From a virus, in the IMG/VR virus record IMGVR_UViG_3300034072_001378, positions 1-35,658 of that record: a stretch of 35,658 nucleotides of DNA; one strand, written 5' to 3'. This document shows, piece after piece, positions 8,777-17,511 of this stretch. Under the pieces are notes generated by a model, which was not told the DNA's origin, did no database searches, and was given only the letters and a program-made list of their open reading frames with translations. Every line of letters starts with the position of its first letter. The stretch's first letter is position 1. Position numbers and translations under genes: made by a program.

Positions 8777-9052
8777 ATGAATTTAAACTTAAAAACAGAT
8801 GTTGAGTTCAATGCAAAGAAAAAAGAAATTTTTGATAGAATTGATGCAATAATAGATTCATCTAAATCAAATTTGACAACAAAAATTAAAAAACAATTAG
8901 AAAATGAATCTGATATGAAAATAGAAAGAGTTCTCGAACTGATTTATGATGATTTAGAAGAAAAAAGAATTAAAATAAAAAATCATTTCTATTCACAATT
9001 AGAAACAATAACCATAAAAGCTTTTAATGAAGCTATTTATAAGATGATTTAG
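8777..9052 (+). CDS. Hypothetical protein
   Basis: 91-aa ORF, AAAGGA RBS. Confidence 0.75.
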   Translation: MNLNLKTDVEFNAKKKEIFDRIDAIIDSSKSNLTTKIKKQLENESDMKIERVLELIYDDLEEKRIKIKNHFYSQLETITIKAFNEAIYKMI

Positions 9053-9053
9053 G

Positions 9054-9167
9054 GTGCTAAAAATAAAAATTATACTGATTGGGATGTTATTAATTGGTTT
9101 TGCTGGTTGTCAAAGCGATACAGCTAAAAATTCACAAAAATATTATGAAAAGATGAGGAATAAATAA
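9054..9167 (+). CDS. 37-aa lipoprotein (MLKIKIILIGMLLIGFAG-CQSDTAKNSQKYYEKMRNK)
   Basis: Not in the ORF track; GTG start, basic N-region, hydrophobic core, lipobox FAGC; fills the gap between two genes. Confidence 0.65.
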   Translation: MLKIKIILIGMLLIGFAGCQSDTAKNSQKYYEKMRNK

Positions 9168-9168
9168 A

Positions 9169-9540
9169 ATGCTAAAAATTTTACAGCTAATTTTAGATGA
9201 AAATATAATTTCGTTTAATATTGATTATGATGATAATATAATTATTTATAGAATAAAGACACAAATTTGGGATGATATTTCCAAATATTATCGAATGGTT
9301 GAATGGGATGATGATTTTTCAATTAATATTGATACATTTATTTCAAGATGTAAAAAATATGCTTATAAAAATGGCTATATTGTATTATCTGGATATCATC
9401 AAAATAATATTAATACATTTCAGGCAAAGTGTTTTGGATGGATTTCTGAAACAGTCGACAAAAAATGTAATTTTAATAATATTACGGAATTAGCTGCAGT
9501 TCTTAATGCAATAAATTATATAAGAGATAAACATGTGTGA
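9169..9540 (+). CDS. Hypothetical protein, paralogue of 16902..17243
   Basis: GAGG RBS; shared IN..F...CK....SG...F...TE..A pattern. Confidence 0.8.
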   Translation: MLKILQLILDENIISFNIDYDDNIIIYRIKTQIWDDISKYYRMVEWDDDFSINIDTFISRCKKYAYKNGYIVLSGYHQNNINTFQAKCFGWISETVDKKCNFNNITELAAVLNAINYIRDKHV

Positions 9541-9727
9541 AGAATTAGAAGAAAATAAATTTCAGTATTTAAAAGATGAGTGTGAAGATTTAATATCTGA
9601 ACTTCTTTACTACAATAGAAGAGAATGTGATGTTGTTTCAGTTCAAGACATTAAAAAATTATCAAATACCCAAATAGATCAATTATCAGAACATATTAGA
9701 AATTGTGTTTTGGAGAATTTAAAATGA
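9533..9727 (+). CDS. Hypothetical protein
   Basis: 64-aa coupled ORF. Confidence 0.7.
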   Translation: MCEELEENKFQYLKDECEDLISELLYYNRRECDVVSVQDIKKLSNTQIDQLSEHIRNCVLENLK

Positions 9728-9935
9728 ATTTTTTAAGCAATTATTTTGTTCGCACGTAAATAAGATAGAAATTATCGAAAAAAGAGAAGAAATTTACACA
9801 GAAATACCAAATGATATTTTCGACCCATTTAGAGATTTTACTATAGATGTCGTAAAAGAAACTTGCTATAAATGCGGTAAAGAAAAAATTAAAGAAAAAA
9901 GAAATTATAAAGATTGTAAAAAATACACAATTTAA
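9724..9935 (+). pseudogene. Small Cys/His phage protein (MNF-FKQLFCSH...CYKCGKEK) split by a -1 frameshift at T6 (9729-9734)
   Basis: GGAG RBS and ATGA overlap; the 0 frame stops after 11 codons, the -1 frame is open to 9935 with a KQLFCxH...CxKCGK motif. Confidence 0.65.
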
Positions 9936-9955
9936 AAGAAATACACATACTGCTT

Positions 9956-9987
9956 TAATTAAGCTTTAATATTCTTTTGTATATAAT
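9956..9987 (+). promoter_or_regulatory. Early promoter repeat, copy 5
   Basis: TAATTAAGCTTTAATATTCTTTTGTATATAAT. Confidence 0.85.
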
Positions 9988-10014
9988 AAATTATATAAAT
10001 TAAAAGGATATAAA

Positions 10015-10368
10015 ATGAAAATTAAATTAAGACAATTAAATTTAACTCCTGATGAGTTTGAGGAATTTCTTGATAATCTTTTAGATACAGATGGGTATTT
10101 TTCAAGCATACACATATATAATGAAGAATTATTGGGAGTTCTTAAGGCAGGTGATTATATTGAGAATACAGGGTTTAAAAAATATTGTGCTTCGCATAAA
10201 TTATTAAATTGTTCTTTATCACATGAAGAATTTTTTAATCTTTTAACAGGTAGAACTTACGAACAATTAGATACATTTAACAGAAGATTATTCAAATTAA
10301 ATGAAATTAAAAAATTGTTTATATTGGCAGAAAAATATAACTATACTTTAATAAAGGATGTGAAATGA
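10015..10368 (+). CDS. Hypothetical protein
   Basis: 117-aa ORF with RBS after the promoter. Confidence 0.8.
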   Translation: MKIKLRQLNLTPDEFEEFLDNLLDTDGYFSSIHIYNEELLGVLKAGDYIENTGFKKYCASHKLLNCSLSHEEFFNLLTGRTYEQLDTFNRRLFKLNEIKKLFILAEKYNYTLIKDVK

Positions 10369-10739
10369 CTTTAAGATCTAAATATAATTTCCCATTTTTT
10401 GAATTGGAATCATTTGCGATTACATCTAAGCTATTAAATTGGCAAGTAAAGGAAATAAAAGAGTATTTATTAGAAGTTGATGAATATTTAGAAAAAAATA
10501 TTAATAAATATGCTATAAATGAACACAATCTAAATTGTAAAATATCCGAATATCCATCATATATGCGAATGCTTCCAACTATTAAGAAAATAATTATTGA
10601 TTTTCAGAAAGAATTAGAAGACACAATTAAAACAAAAAATAAATTAATTGAAATTCAATATACAATAAAACATTTTATAGAGAAAAATGATTATATAAAT
10701 TTAGAAACTATAATAAAACTACCTTGTTTTAGATATTAA
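10365..10739 (+). CDS. Hypothetical protein
   Basis: 124-aa ORF, ATGA overlap. Confidence 0.75.
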   Translation: MTLRSKYNFPFFELESFAITSKLLNWQVKEIKEYLLEVDEYLEKNINKYAINEHNLNCKISEYPSYMRMLPTIKKIIIDFQKELEDTIKTKNKLIEIQYTIKHFIEKNDYINLETIIKLPCFRY

Positions 10740-10748
10740 GGATATAAA

Positions 10749-11546
10749 ATGAAAATAGCAGATTTTTTAAAATTACCAAAAACAAAAGAACAATATATTG
10801 ATGATTTTACACATAGATTAAATCTATTTGGTGTTTATGATAGTAATTTAACTGATTTAAATGTTTATAATTTAGATATAAGTAAAATTGAAGTTTTTAA
10901 TGTTTTTGACGATTGTTTAGATGGAAGAAGAGGTTTATGGATTTATTATGCTACATATGAAAATGAGCCTTTTGCTTTTTGGTACACAGCGGGTAGGGAG
11001 GGTAATGATTCAAAGAAAGGGTTTGTTATAAATAAAGATGTATTTAAAAATGCTATAGGATATTTAAGAACATTTACTGAAACAGATTTAGATAATGAAG
11101 TAGATATAAATACTGATTTTAGAGAATTAAATAAGATATATGGTTATGATTTAACAAATCTTATTCTAAAACCAAATCACGAATTAAAATTTAAAGTTGA
11201 TGATATTGTTGAAATTTCTAATTTTTCATACATAAATTTAAAAAATGAAACTATCAGAGCTAAAATTATAAGAACTAATAATAAAACAGATTTAGATACT
11301 TATGTTGTTGAATTGTTAGATTATAAAGAAGTACCAACATTTGTTAAGGGAGTGGTGGGTTCTAGAGGAACTATTTTTACTAAATTATTTCCAAAAAATC
11401 AAAAATTAAAAATAAGCGATATTTATTTGAGTAATGATGAATTAACTGCAGAACAAAATGAAGTTATCCAAAAATATATTAATTCAAATAAATCTGTTAA
11501 ATTTCCTATATCTTATAAAGATGAAAATGATATGAAATTACTATAA
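10749..11546 (+). CDS. Hypothetical protein
   Basis: 265-aa ORF, AAGGA RBS. Confidence 0.85.
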   Translation: MKIADFLKLPKTKEQYIDDFTHRLNLFGVYDSNLTDLNVYNLDISKIEVFNVFDDCLDGRRGLWIYYATYENEPFAFWYTAGREGNDSKKGFVINKDVFKNAIGYLRTFTETDLDNEVDINTDFRELNKIYGYDLTNLILKPNHELKFKVDDIVEISNFSYINLKNETIRAKIIRTNNKTDLDTYVVELLDYKEVPTFVKGVVGSRGTIFTKLFPKNQKLKISDIYLSNDELTAEQNEVIQKYINSNKSVKFPISYKDENDMKLL

Positions 11547-11556
11547 AGGAGTTAGA

Positions 11557-11802
11557 ATGAAATTCAAAACATGTGGTTCTTGTGAAGATGTAAAAATTTA
11601 TAAGAGTAAATTTCCGGATTTTGCAATAGCTTATTGTGGGCGAACTGGAAATCATAAAACCGGTGTAGTTGTACCTCATAATAGTGATGGTGATTCAAAA
11701 ACAATTACATATACTAGAGTACCTAATTTTTGTACAAATGAAAATGCCGAAAAATCAGAAACACAAGCAAACAAAAAAGATTGGATAACGATCAAAATTT
11801 AA
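11557..11802 (+). CDS. Cys-rich hypothetical protein
   Basis: AAGGAG RBS; CxxC...C...PxFC pattern. Confidence 0.75.
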   Translation: MKFKTCGSCEDVKIYKSKFPDFAIAYCGRTGNHKTGVVVPHNSDGDSKTITYTRVPNFCTNENAEKSETQANKKDWITIKI

Positions 11803-11805
11803 AGG

Positions 11806-12213
11806 ATGACAATGAAATATAAAATACCAAAAAATGCAGAAATTATTAGCATAAAGGAAGATTCTATTATTGATACATCTAATGGGTATAAACAAGACTA
11901 TGAAGGTTTAATTATAGAAACAGATAAGAGGAATATAAAACTTGTTATAACTAACGGTCAAAACTGTTGTGAGAATTGGGGAAATTTATTTTTTGAAACA
12001 CCTGATAATATTTCTATATTTATTGGTGCAACAATTTTAGAAGTTCAAGATATAGATATCAAAAGAGATATTGATATTGATAATGAAACCCAGCTTAGAA
12101 TTAAAACAGATAAAGGTATTATTCAATATGCAATTTATAATGAGCACAACGGTTACTATTCGCATGGTACTATAAAACAAGTTTTTGATGATATTAAACA
12201 TGATTTATTGTAG
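11806..12213 (+). CDS. Conserved phage protein (QNCCE...NEHNGYYSH family)
   Basis: Motif typical of a widespread phage DUF; the start may be ATG 11812. Confidence 0.8.
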   Translation: MTMKYKIPKNAEIISIKEDSIIDTSNGYKQDYEGLIIETDKRNIKLVITNGQNCCENWGNLFFETPDNISIFIGATILEVQDIDIKRDIDIDNETQLRIKTDKGIIQYAIYNEHNGYYSHGTIKQVFDDIKHDLL

Positions 12214-12221
12214 GAAATAAT

Positions 12222-12437
12222 ATGTTAAATATTGAAGAAATTAAAGATTTGCCTGAGTACAGAAAATATTTATCTGCGAAACATGATTTTGCAGATGTGT
12301 GCAAGGGTGGAAAAGATTATAGTGCTTGTTCATTTATGGATATTTCAATTAGATCAGATAGATTTGATGAAGCAAAAAATGAATTAGTTAAAACGCTTGG
12401 TAAAATAGTATTAGAAAATTTAGAAAAAGGAGAATAA
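12222..12437 (+). CDS. Hypothetical protein
   Basis: 71-aa ORF, AGGA RBS. Confidence 0.75.
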   Translation: MLNIEEIKDLPEYRKYLSAKHDFADVCKGGKDYSACSFMDISIRSDRFDEAKNELVKTLGKIVLENLEKGE

Positions 12438-12438
12438 A

Positions 12439-12840
12439 ATGCAAAATACGGAAACAAAACAATTTACATTAAATGAAACAGTTAAGGGGTTAGCAGAAGC
12501 TATTTGGGAAAATAAAGATTCATGTGACATAATTGATGCATATGGGATTGAAAACTTGGCTGATTTAGAATCAACATTAACATGCGAAGTTGGCGATGAA
12601 TTAAAATATTGTGATTTTAAAACATTCAAGAACTATGAAGCAGAAGTAGTAGATTCAGGTGGTGCAGAAGGTGATGGAGCAGAAATGTTCTGTGTATTTA
12701 AGGTGACAAGATTATCAGATAATGAGGAAAATTTCATTGCATTTTTTGGTAGATATAGTTCTTGGGATAGTTCATATTATGATGATTACCACTTAGTAGA
12801 ACCAGAAGAATATGTAGCAATTAAATGGAATAAAAAATGA
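12439..12840 (+). CDS. Acidic conserved phage protein (GGAEGDG...GRYSSWD)
   Basis: AAGGAG RBS; motif common in myovirus early regions. Confidence 0.8.
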   Translation: MQNTETKQFTLNETVKGLAEAIWENKDSCDIIDAYGIENLADLESTLTCEVGDELKYCDFKTFKNYEAEVVDSGGAEGDGAEMFCVFKVTRLSDNEENFIAFFGRYSSWDSSYYDDYHLVEPEEYVAIKWNKK

Positions 12841-13118
12841 CAATTGTTGCTACCGTAATTGGTTATATAATTATTGGTATTTTTGCACTTATAATTGTAA
12901 CTGCTCTTTGGCAATGGTTGTTATATGGTGAAATAGGTAACTCTATTTCACAAAGTATAAAAGGAAATAAAATTTACATAAATGGGAAATTTATTAAAGA
13001 AACTTTTGGGGGAAATATTTCAATGATAAATGGTTCTGTTTATGAAAATGGGAAATGCATTTATAAACATAAAAGAAAATTTAGATGGCAAAAGGATACT
13101 GATGAAAAAACAAAATAA
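12837..13118 (+). CDS. Membrane-anchored hypothetical protein
   Basis: N-terminal TM helix followed by GNxIxING repeats. Confidence 0.7.
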   Translation: MTIVATVIGYIIIGIFALIIVTALWQWLLYGEIGNSISQSIKGNKIYINGKFIKETFGGNISMINGSVYENGKCIYKHKRKFRWQKDTDEKTK

Positions 13119-13299
13119 ATACATTATAACTATTACATCAGAAGATAAAAAAGTACCAAAAGGGTTTAAATTAAAAGAAGGTAAATTTTATAGGGAATTT
13201 GTTGGAACAGCTGATACAGAAAGAGATATGGATTTTATAAGAAGATATTTTTCAAAAATGTTTACTAATATTCAACATTTTGAGATTACTTTAATTTAG
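13102..13299 (+). CDS. Hypothetical protein (start revised from 13030)
   Basis: AAGGA RBS before ATG 13102. Confidence 0.7.
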   Translation: MKKQNKYIITITSEDKKVPKGFKLKEGKFYREFVGTADTERDMDFIRRYFSKMFTNIQHFEITLI

Positions 13300-13323
13300 C
13301 TTTAATTATTTTTAATATATAAT
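13292..13323 (+). promoter_or_regulatory. Early promoter repeat, copy 6
   Basis: TAATTTAGCTTTAATTATTTTTAATATATAAT. Confidence 0.8.
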
Positions 13324-13342
13324 AAAACAAAAAGGAAATAAA

Positions 13343-13876
13343 ATGAAACTTAAAAAATTATTAGTAATTGGGACTTTAGTTCTTGGGATTGGTGCAAATA
13401 CTGCTAATGCATATATTGAAAATTATGGTGAGCCGGGTTATGCTGAGAAACACCCAAAATTAGGTGGAATCACTTTAAATGAAAATTATGATGAACAATG
13501 TGAAATTTTTAAGCAAAAATTAGATGCACATTATATTGGAAAAAGTTCATATTATAAGTTCACAAAAAATTCAAAAGAATGTGGTTATGCAAATGATTAT
13601 TTAGTACCAGATGAAAATAATAATGTTAAAAAAATTAGTATAACATATAAGATTTTGGGTTTTGATTTCTTAAGTGACCCGGTTATTGTTGCAAAAGCTT
13701 ATGTAAATTCTGTTGCATCGGTTTTTAAAGACCTAGAAGTAAGAACAAGTTTTTCTCGTTCAAATGGTAGAATGGAAGAAAATAGAACTGTTCACGGTAT
13801 AAATTCAGAAAATCAATCTATTAATTTTTTATTTTCTTTAGTTCAATTTGAACAATTACCAAAAGGTAAATTTTAA
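13343..13876 (+). CDS. Exported (Sec signal peptide) hypothetical protein
   Basis: MKLKKLLVIGTLVLGIGANTANA signal with an AxA cleavage site. Confidence 0.8.
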   Translation: MKLKKLLVIGTLVLGIGANTANAYIENYGEPGYAEKHPKLGGITLNENYDEQCEIFKQKLDAHYIGKSSYYKFTKNSKECGYANDYLVPDENNNVKKISITYKILGFDFLSDPVIVAKAYVNSVASVFKDLEVRTSFSRSNGRMEENRTVHGINSENQSINFLFSLVQFEQLPKGKF

Positions 13877-14241
13877 TGCAACCTAGTATTTTGCAAGAAT
13901 TAAATGAAATGATTTCTGATATAGAAAAGGAATTGAACTCTTTAGATAAAAGAACAAAAAAGTTAATAGCAAATAATGTTTATTCTTTAGGTTCAAATTA
14001 TTTAAAAACGGTAGATGCATCTAAACAAAATAAATTTTACGCATTTGTTATAAAAAAGTCATTCTTTTTTAATAAAATTTCATTTGAATTAATGAGTTCA
14101 GACGAGTTACCAATTTTAGTTAATTCAAAGTATGATGATTATAAAATTTATAAAAATAAAGAATTATTAAATATTTTTGATGAAGAATCTTTAGTCAAAA
14201 TAAAATATTTCTTATTATCTTTTGGTGTAATGGAGAATTAA
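13876..14241 (+). CDS. Hypothetical protein
   Basis: 121-aa coupled ORF. Confidence 0.75.
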   Translation: MQPSILQELNEMISDIEKELNSLDKRTKKLIANNVYSLGSNYLKTVDASKQNKFYAFVIKKSFFFNKISFELMSSDELPILVNSKYDDYKIYKNKELLNIFDEESLVKIKYFLLSFGVMEN

Positions 14242-14242
14242 A

Positions 14243-14539
14243 ATGAATAAATATTTATGCCCAAAATGCGGATCAAGTGATTTGAGACAAAAAGCCCAAT
14301 ATGTTTATAAGTGCTGTAGTTGTAATTATACAAATGATGAATTATATTTTAAAGTACTAAATCCACAAAATTTAAAATTCAAATTATCTGTTGGTTATAT
14401 GTATTTAACAAGAAAAGGTGATATTGTTAAAATTAATGGATTTGATGAATATTTTCTTGGTTCTAATGGCGCAACATATAATTACAGAGGTCATGATATA
14501 AGAGATAATTCTGATAATGATTTAGTTCAAGAATACTAG
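14243..14539 (+). CDS. Zinc-ribbon protein
   Basis: N-terminal CPKCGS...CCSC; GGAG RBS. Confidence 0.75.
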   Translation: MNKYLCPKCGSSDLRQKAQYVYKCCSCNYTNDELYFKVLNPQNLKFKLSVGYMYLTRKGDIVKINGFDEYFLGSNGATYNYRGHDIRDNSDNDLVQEY

Positions 14540-14547
14540 GAAATAAA

Positions 14548-14622
14548 ATGAAAAGATTATTTAAAAAATCAGATATAAAAAGATACATTGATGATATTCT
14601 AAAAGAGAAAAATCATGTTTAG
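14548..14622 (+). CDS. 24-aa micro-ORF
   Basis: AGGA RBS; overlaps the next start. Confidence 0.4.
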   Translation: MKRLFKKSDIKRYIDDILKEKNHV

Positions 14623-15013
14623 CTCGGGTGATTTAGTTGTTGATTATGATAAATACCCGGATTTTATAGGTATTGTTTATTATATTAATAATGATGAGTT
14701 ATATTCAGTAAAAGTTAAATTTTATAAAAATATTAGTACAGCTCAAAAAAATACTGAAGTTGGTTTTATTGATGCTGATACATATACTATAACAGGCAAA
14801 AGATTAAATGAATATCCTGATGTGCATTTAGAACATCTTAAAATCGAAAATCTGGATATTCATCAAAAAATAGAAGAATCACAAAATACTAAAATTAGTA
14901 TTGAAGATGTTTCAACTTATGGTGTTATCATAACATTAGAAAATGGATTTAGTTTCTATAGAGATAATACAGGAACATTATTAGAAATTAAGCCAGATAG
15001 AATAAAATTATAA
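14615..15013 (+). CDS. Hypothetical protein
   Basis: 132-aa ORF. Confidence 0.75.
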   Translation: MFSSGDLVVDYDKYPDFIGIVYYINNDELYSVKVKFYKNISTAQKNTEVGFIDADTYTITGKRLNEYPDVHLEHLKIENLDIHQKIEESQNTKISIEDVSTYGVIITLENGFSFYRDNTGTLLEIKPDRIKL

Positions 15014-15022
15014 AGGAATAAA

Positions 15023-15352
15023 ATGCAACCAGAAACTTTAGTGCTTATTAGTTTTATTCTATTTATTATTTTTGTTATTATACAACAATATATTTCATAC
15101 AAAAGAAAATCAAAAATAATAGATTCTGAATATAATAAATTAAAACAAAAATATAAAAATGTTTATAGATTAGCAGTACACGAGTATAATAAATATACTT
15201 ATTTTCAAGAATTTCAGGGTGGGAATGGGTGGAGAAATTTACAATTATATGTAAATTTTGATGGCACATCTGAAAAAGAATTCTTTATAGAATGTGTTAA
15301 AGATGCCGAAAATAAAAAGAAAAATTTTGGTAAATATACCGAGTTGGAATAG
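15023..15352 (+). CDS. Membrane-anchored hypothetical protein
   Basis: N-terminal TM helix; AAAGGA RBS. Confidence 0.75.
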   Translation: MQPETLVLISFILFIIFVIIQQYISYKRKSKIIDSEYNKLKQKYKNVYRLAVHEYNKYTYFQEFQGGNGWRNLQLYVNFDGTSEKEFFIECVKDAENKKKNFGKYTELE

Positions 15353-15361
15353 GAAATAATT

Positions 15362-15619
15362 ATGAAAAAGTATGAATATATAGATAATAATGATTTTTAT
15401 TATCTATTAAGTACTATGAAAGCAACAGTTGCGAATACTTTAACATCTTGTAATCCATATTATTTATGGGAATTATTTGAAGTATCAGGTAAACAAGTTA
15501 GATTAATTGACTATATGTATCATGAAGAAGAGCCCACAGAAAATGAGAAGGAATTTGTTTACTATAATGGAAAATTATATGAAGAAATCAAAAGAAGACA
15601 AAAATTAAATAAGGATTAA
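15362..15619 (+). CDS. Hypothetical protein
   Basis: 85-aa ORF, AGGA RBS. Confidence 0.75.
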   Translation: MKKYEYIDNNDFYYLLSTMKATVANTLTSCNPYYLWELFEVSGKQVRLIDYMYHEEEPTENEKEFVYYNGKLYEEIKRRQKLNKD

Positions 15620-15620
15620 A

Positions 15621-15950
15621 ATGAACTTAAAAACAGAAACTTTGGAATTACTAAAAGATAATAATAAAACTTTAGATGATATAAAAGAGTACTATATTAA
15701 TTACACAGAACATAGAGATGAAAATGGAAAATTCTATTATAACTATAAACATACAGAATTTTATGGAGATGGTAATTCTTTTGATATTTCAAAATTAGAT
15801 TTTGAATACGATGATAGTTACGGTACACAAGAAGTTCACGGATTTATTTCATTTACGGATGATACCTGGTTAGAAAGAGAAGAATATGATGGTTCAGAAT
15901 GGTGGGATTTTAAAGAATGCCCAAAAATAGAATGGTACACAAAGGAATAA
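15621..15950 (+). CDS. Conserved phage protein (YDDSYGTQE...WLEREEYDGSEWW family)
   Basis: Motif of a widespread uncharacterised phage family. Confidence 0.85.
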   Translation: MNLKTETLELLKDNNKTLDDIKEYYINYTEHRDENGKFYYNYKHTEFYGDGNSFDISKLDFEYDDSYGTQEVHGFISFTDDTWLEREEYDGSEWWDFKECPKIEWYTKE

Positions 15951-15953
15951 AAT

Positions 15954-16106
15954 ATGATTTATTTACATTCAATTTTATTTGTTGTGATGGTAATATTAGT
16001 TATTGAATCAATTAATAAAAATAATATTAGGTCTGCTGCAGTTAATTCATTTTTTGCAGGAATTAATTTTACTTTTGTTCTTGTGTATTTAGCAGGTAAA
16101 TTATGA
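15954..16106 (+). CDS. 50-aa two-TM membrane protein
   Basis: Not in the ORF track; AAGGA RBS, two hydrophobic segments, ATGA overlap. Confidence 0.65.
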   Translation: MIYLHSILFVVMVILVIESINKNNIRSAAVNSFFAGINFTFVLVYLAGKL

Positions 16107-16891
16107 AATATTTAATATATGGTAGTACTGCTATAAAATATTTCTTTTCAGATTATCCAAATAACCCAAAAGATTTAGACATTATTCTCTCTGAAGATTC
16201 AAAAATAGATTTAAAAACAGATAAAATTCTTGAGCAATATTATTTACCTGAATTCCAATATATTTTCGATAATAATAAAGATGATAAATATGTAGATCCT
16301 GATTTTCTTTATACTATTAAGATGTCTCATTTATCTTGGGATATTAATTGGGATAAACATATGAAAGGTGCTATTTTTCTAAAAGAAAATGGAGCTAAAT
16401 TAGATATGTTTTTATATAAAGAATTAATAAATGCTTGGAGTAGAATTCATGGAAAGAAAGCAGTAAAAATGAATGTTAAAAATGAAGACTTCTTTAAAGC
16501 AAATATTAAAAGAAAATTTGATCACGAATTTTTACATGAACAATTTGCATTTTATGAAAGACCTCTTAATGAAAGAATAAGAAAAGATTTAGATTCACCT
16601 TTATGTTCAGAAGTTCTTTGGAATTTATTATCAGAAGAAGATAAGTTTAAATGTGCATTTGAGGAATTAATGGTATTAACTGCAGAGAGATTTATTTTTG
16701 TTGAAGATAAAGTACCGGTTAAATATGCAAAAATTAAAATGCTCAAAAATATGATTACAAGTACAACTTCAGGTTGGTTTAATTTATATTTGAAACAAAA
16801 CTTTAAAAAATTTGTAGATACTGATTTTCCTAATTATTTTTATGTAAAAATTAAAGATTTGGATATTGATAACTACATTATGAAAATTTAA
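16103..16891 (+). CDS. Putative phage nucleotidyltransferase-fold protein
   Basis: N-terminal GSTA...PKDLD (GS + DxD) motif; conserved LYTIKMSH..W...W.KH block. Confidence 0.6.
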   Translation: MKYLIYGSTAIKYFFSDYPNNPKDLDIILSEDSKIDLKTDKILEQYYLPEFQYIFDNNKDDKYVDPDFLYTIKMSHLSWDINWDKHMKGAIFLKENGAKLDMFLYKELINAWSRIHGKKAVKMNVKNEDFFKANIKRKFDHEFLHEQFAFYERPLNERIRKDLDSPLCSEVLWNLLSEEDKFKCAFEELMVLTAERFIFVEDKVPVKYAKIKMLKNMITSTTSGWFNLYLKQNFKKFVDTDFPNYFYVKIKDLDIDNYIMKI

Positions 16892-16901
16892 AGGAATATA
16901 T

Positions 16902-17243
16902 ATGAAAAACAAATTAAAGGTAATAATTAAAAAAATTTTAAATGAATCAGAAATAAATGAAATAACAGGTATATATGATTCAGAAATATACTGGTCTTTA
17001 GAATATAAAAATATTATTAGAAAAATTAATAAATATGAATTTATGTTTTTATGTAAAGAATTTATGAAAGAACAGAATTTATGTGTTTGGAGCGGGAATG
17101 GTTACAATAAATCTATTGGTTATGAATGTTCCATTACTCATTTTATGTTTGGAGATGTAGTCACATTTAAAGCAGATACTGAATTTGAAGCTATTATAGA
17201 TGCAACATATGCTGTTATAACAAAAACCGTAGATTTTAATTAA
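16902..17243 (+). CDS. Hypothetical protein, paralogue of 9169..9540
   Basis: INKYEFMFLCKEF...SG...FKADTEFEAIIDA. Confidence 0.8.
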   Translation: MKNKLKVIIKKILNESEINEITGIYDSEIYWSLEYKNIIRKINKYEFMFLCKEFMKEQNLCVWSGNGYNKSIGYECSITHFMFGDVVTFKADTEFEAIIDATYAVITKTVDFN

Positions 17244-17268
17244 ACTTTAATATTCTTTTGTATATAAT
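17237..17268 (+). promoter_or_regulatory. Early promoter repeat, copy 7
   Basis: TAATTAAACTTTAATATTCTTTTGTATATAAT. Confidence 0.85.
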
Positions 17269-17295
17269 TATAATATATAAATTAAAGGATATTAA

Positions 17296-17502
17296 ATGAA
17301 AGTACATGATATTAAAGAAAATATTTTAGAACTCAATTCAGAAGAATTATGTTTATTGGGTAATCACATTGATTCAAGTAGTATGTTAGACTATTTGCAT
17401 GGTAATGCATCACATGAAGATATTGAAGTAAAGTATATTTTAGAAGTTAAATTTATTAATTTTAGTAAATATGGTAAAATGTACTATATTAAATATATTT
17501 AG
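17296..17502 (+). CDS. Hypothetical protein
   Basis: 68-aa ORF with RBS after the promoter. Confidence 0.75.
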   Translation: MKVHDIKENILELNSEELCLLGNHIDSSSMLDYLHGNASHEDIEVKYILEVKFINFSKYGKMYYIKYI

Positions 17503-17511
17503 GTATTAAAA

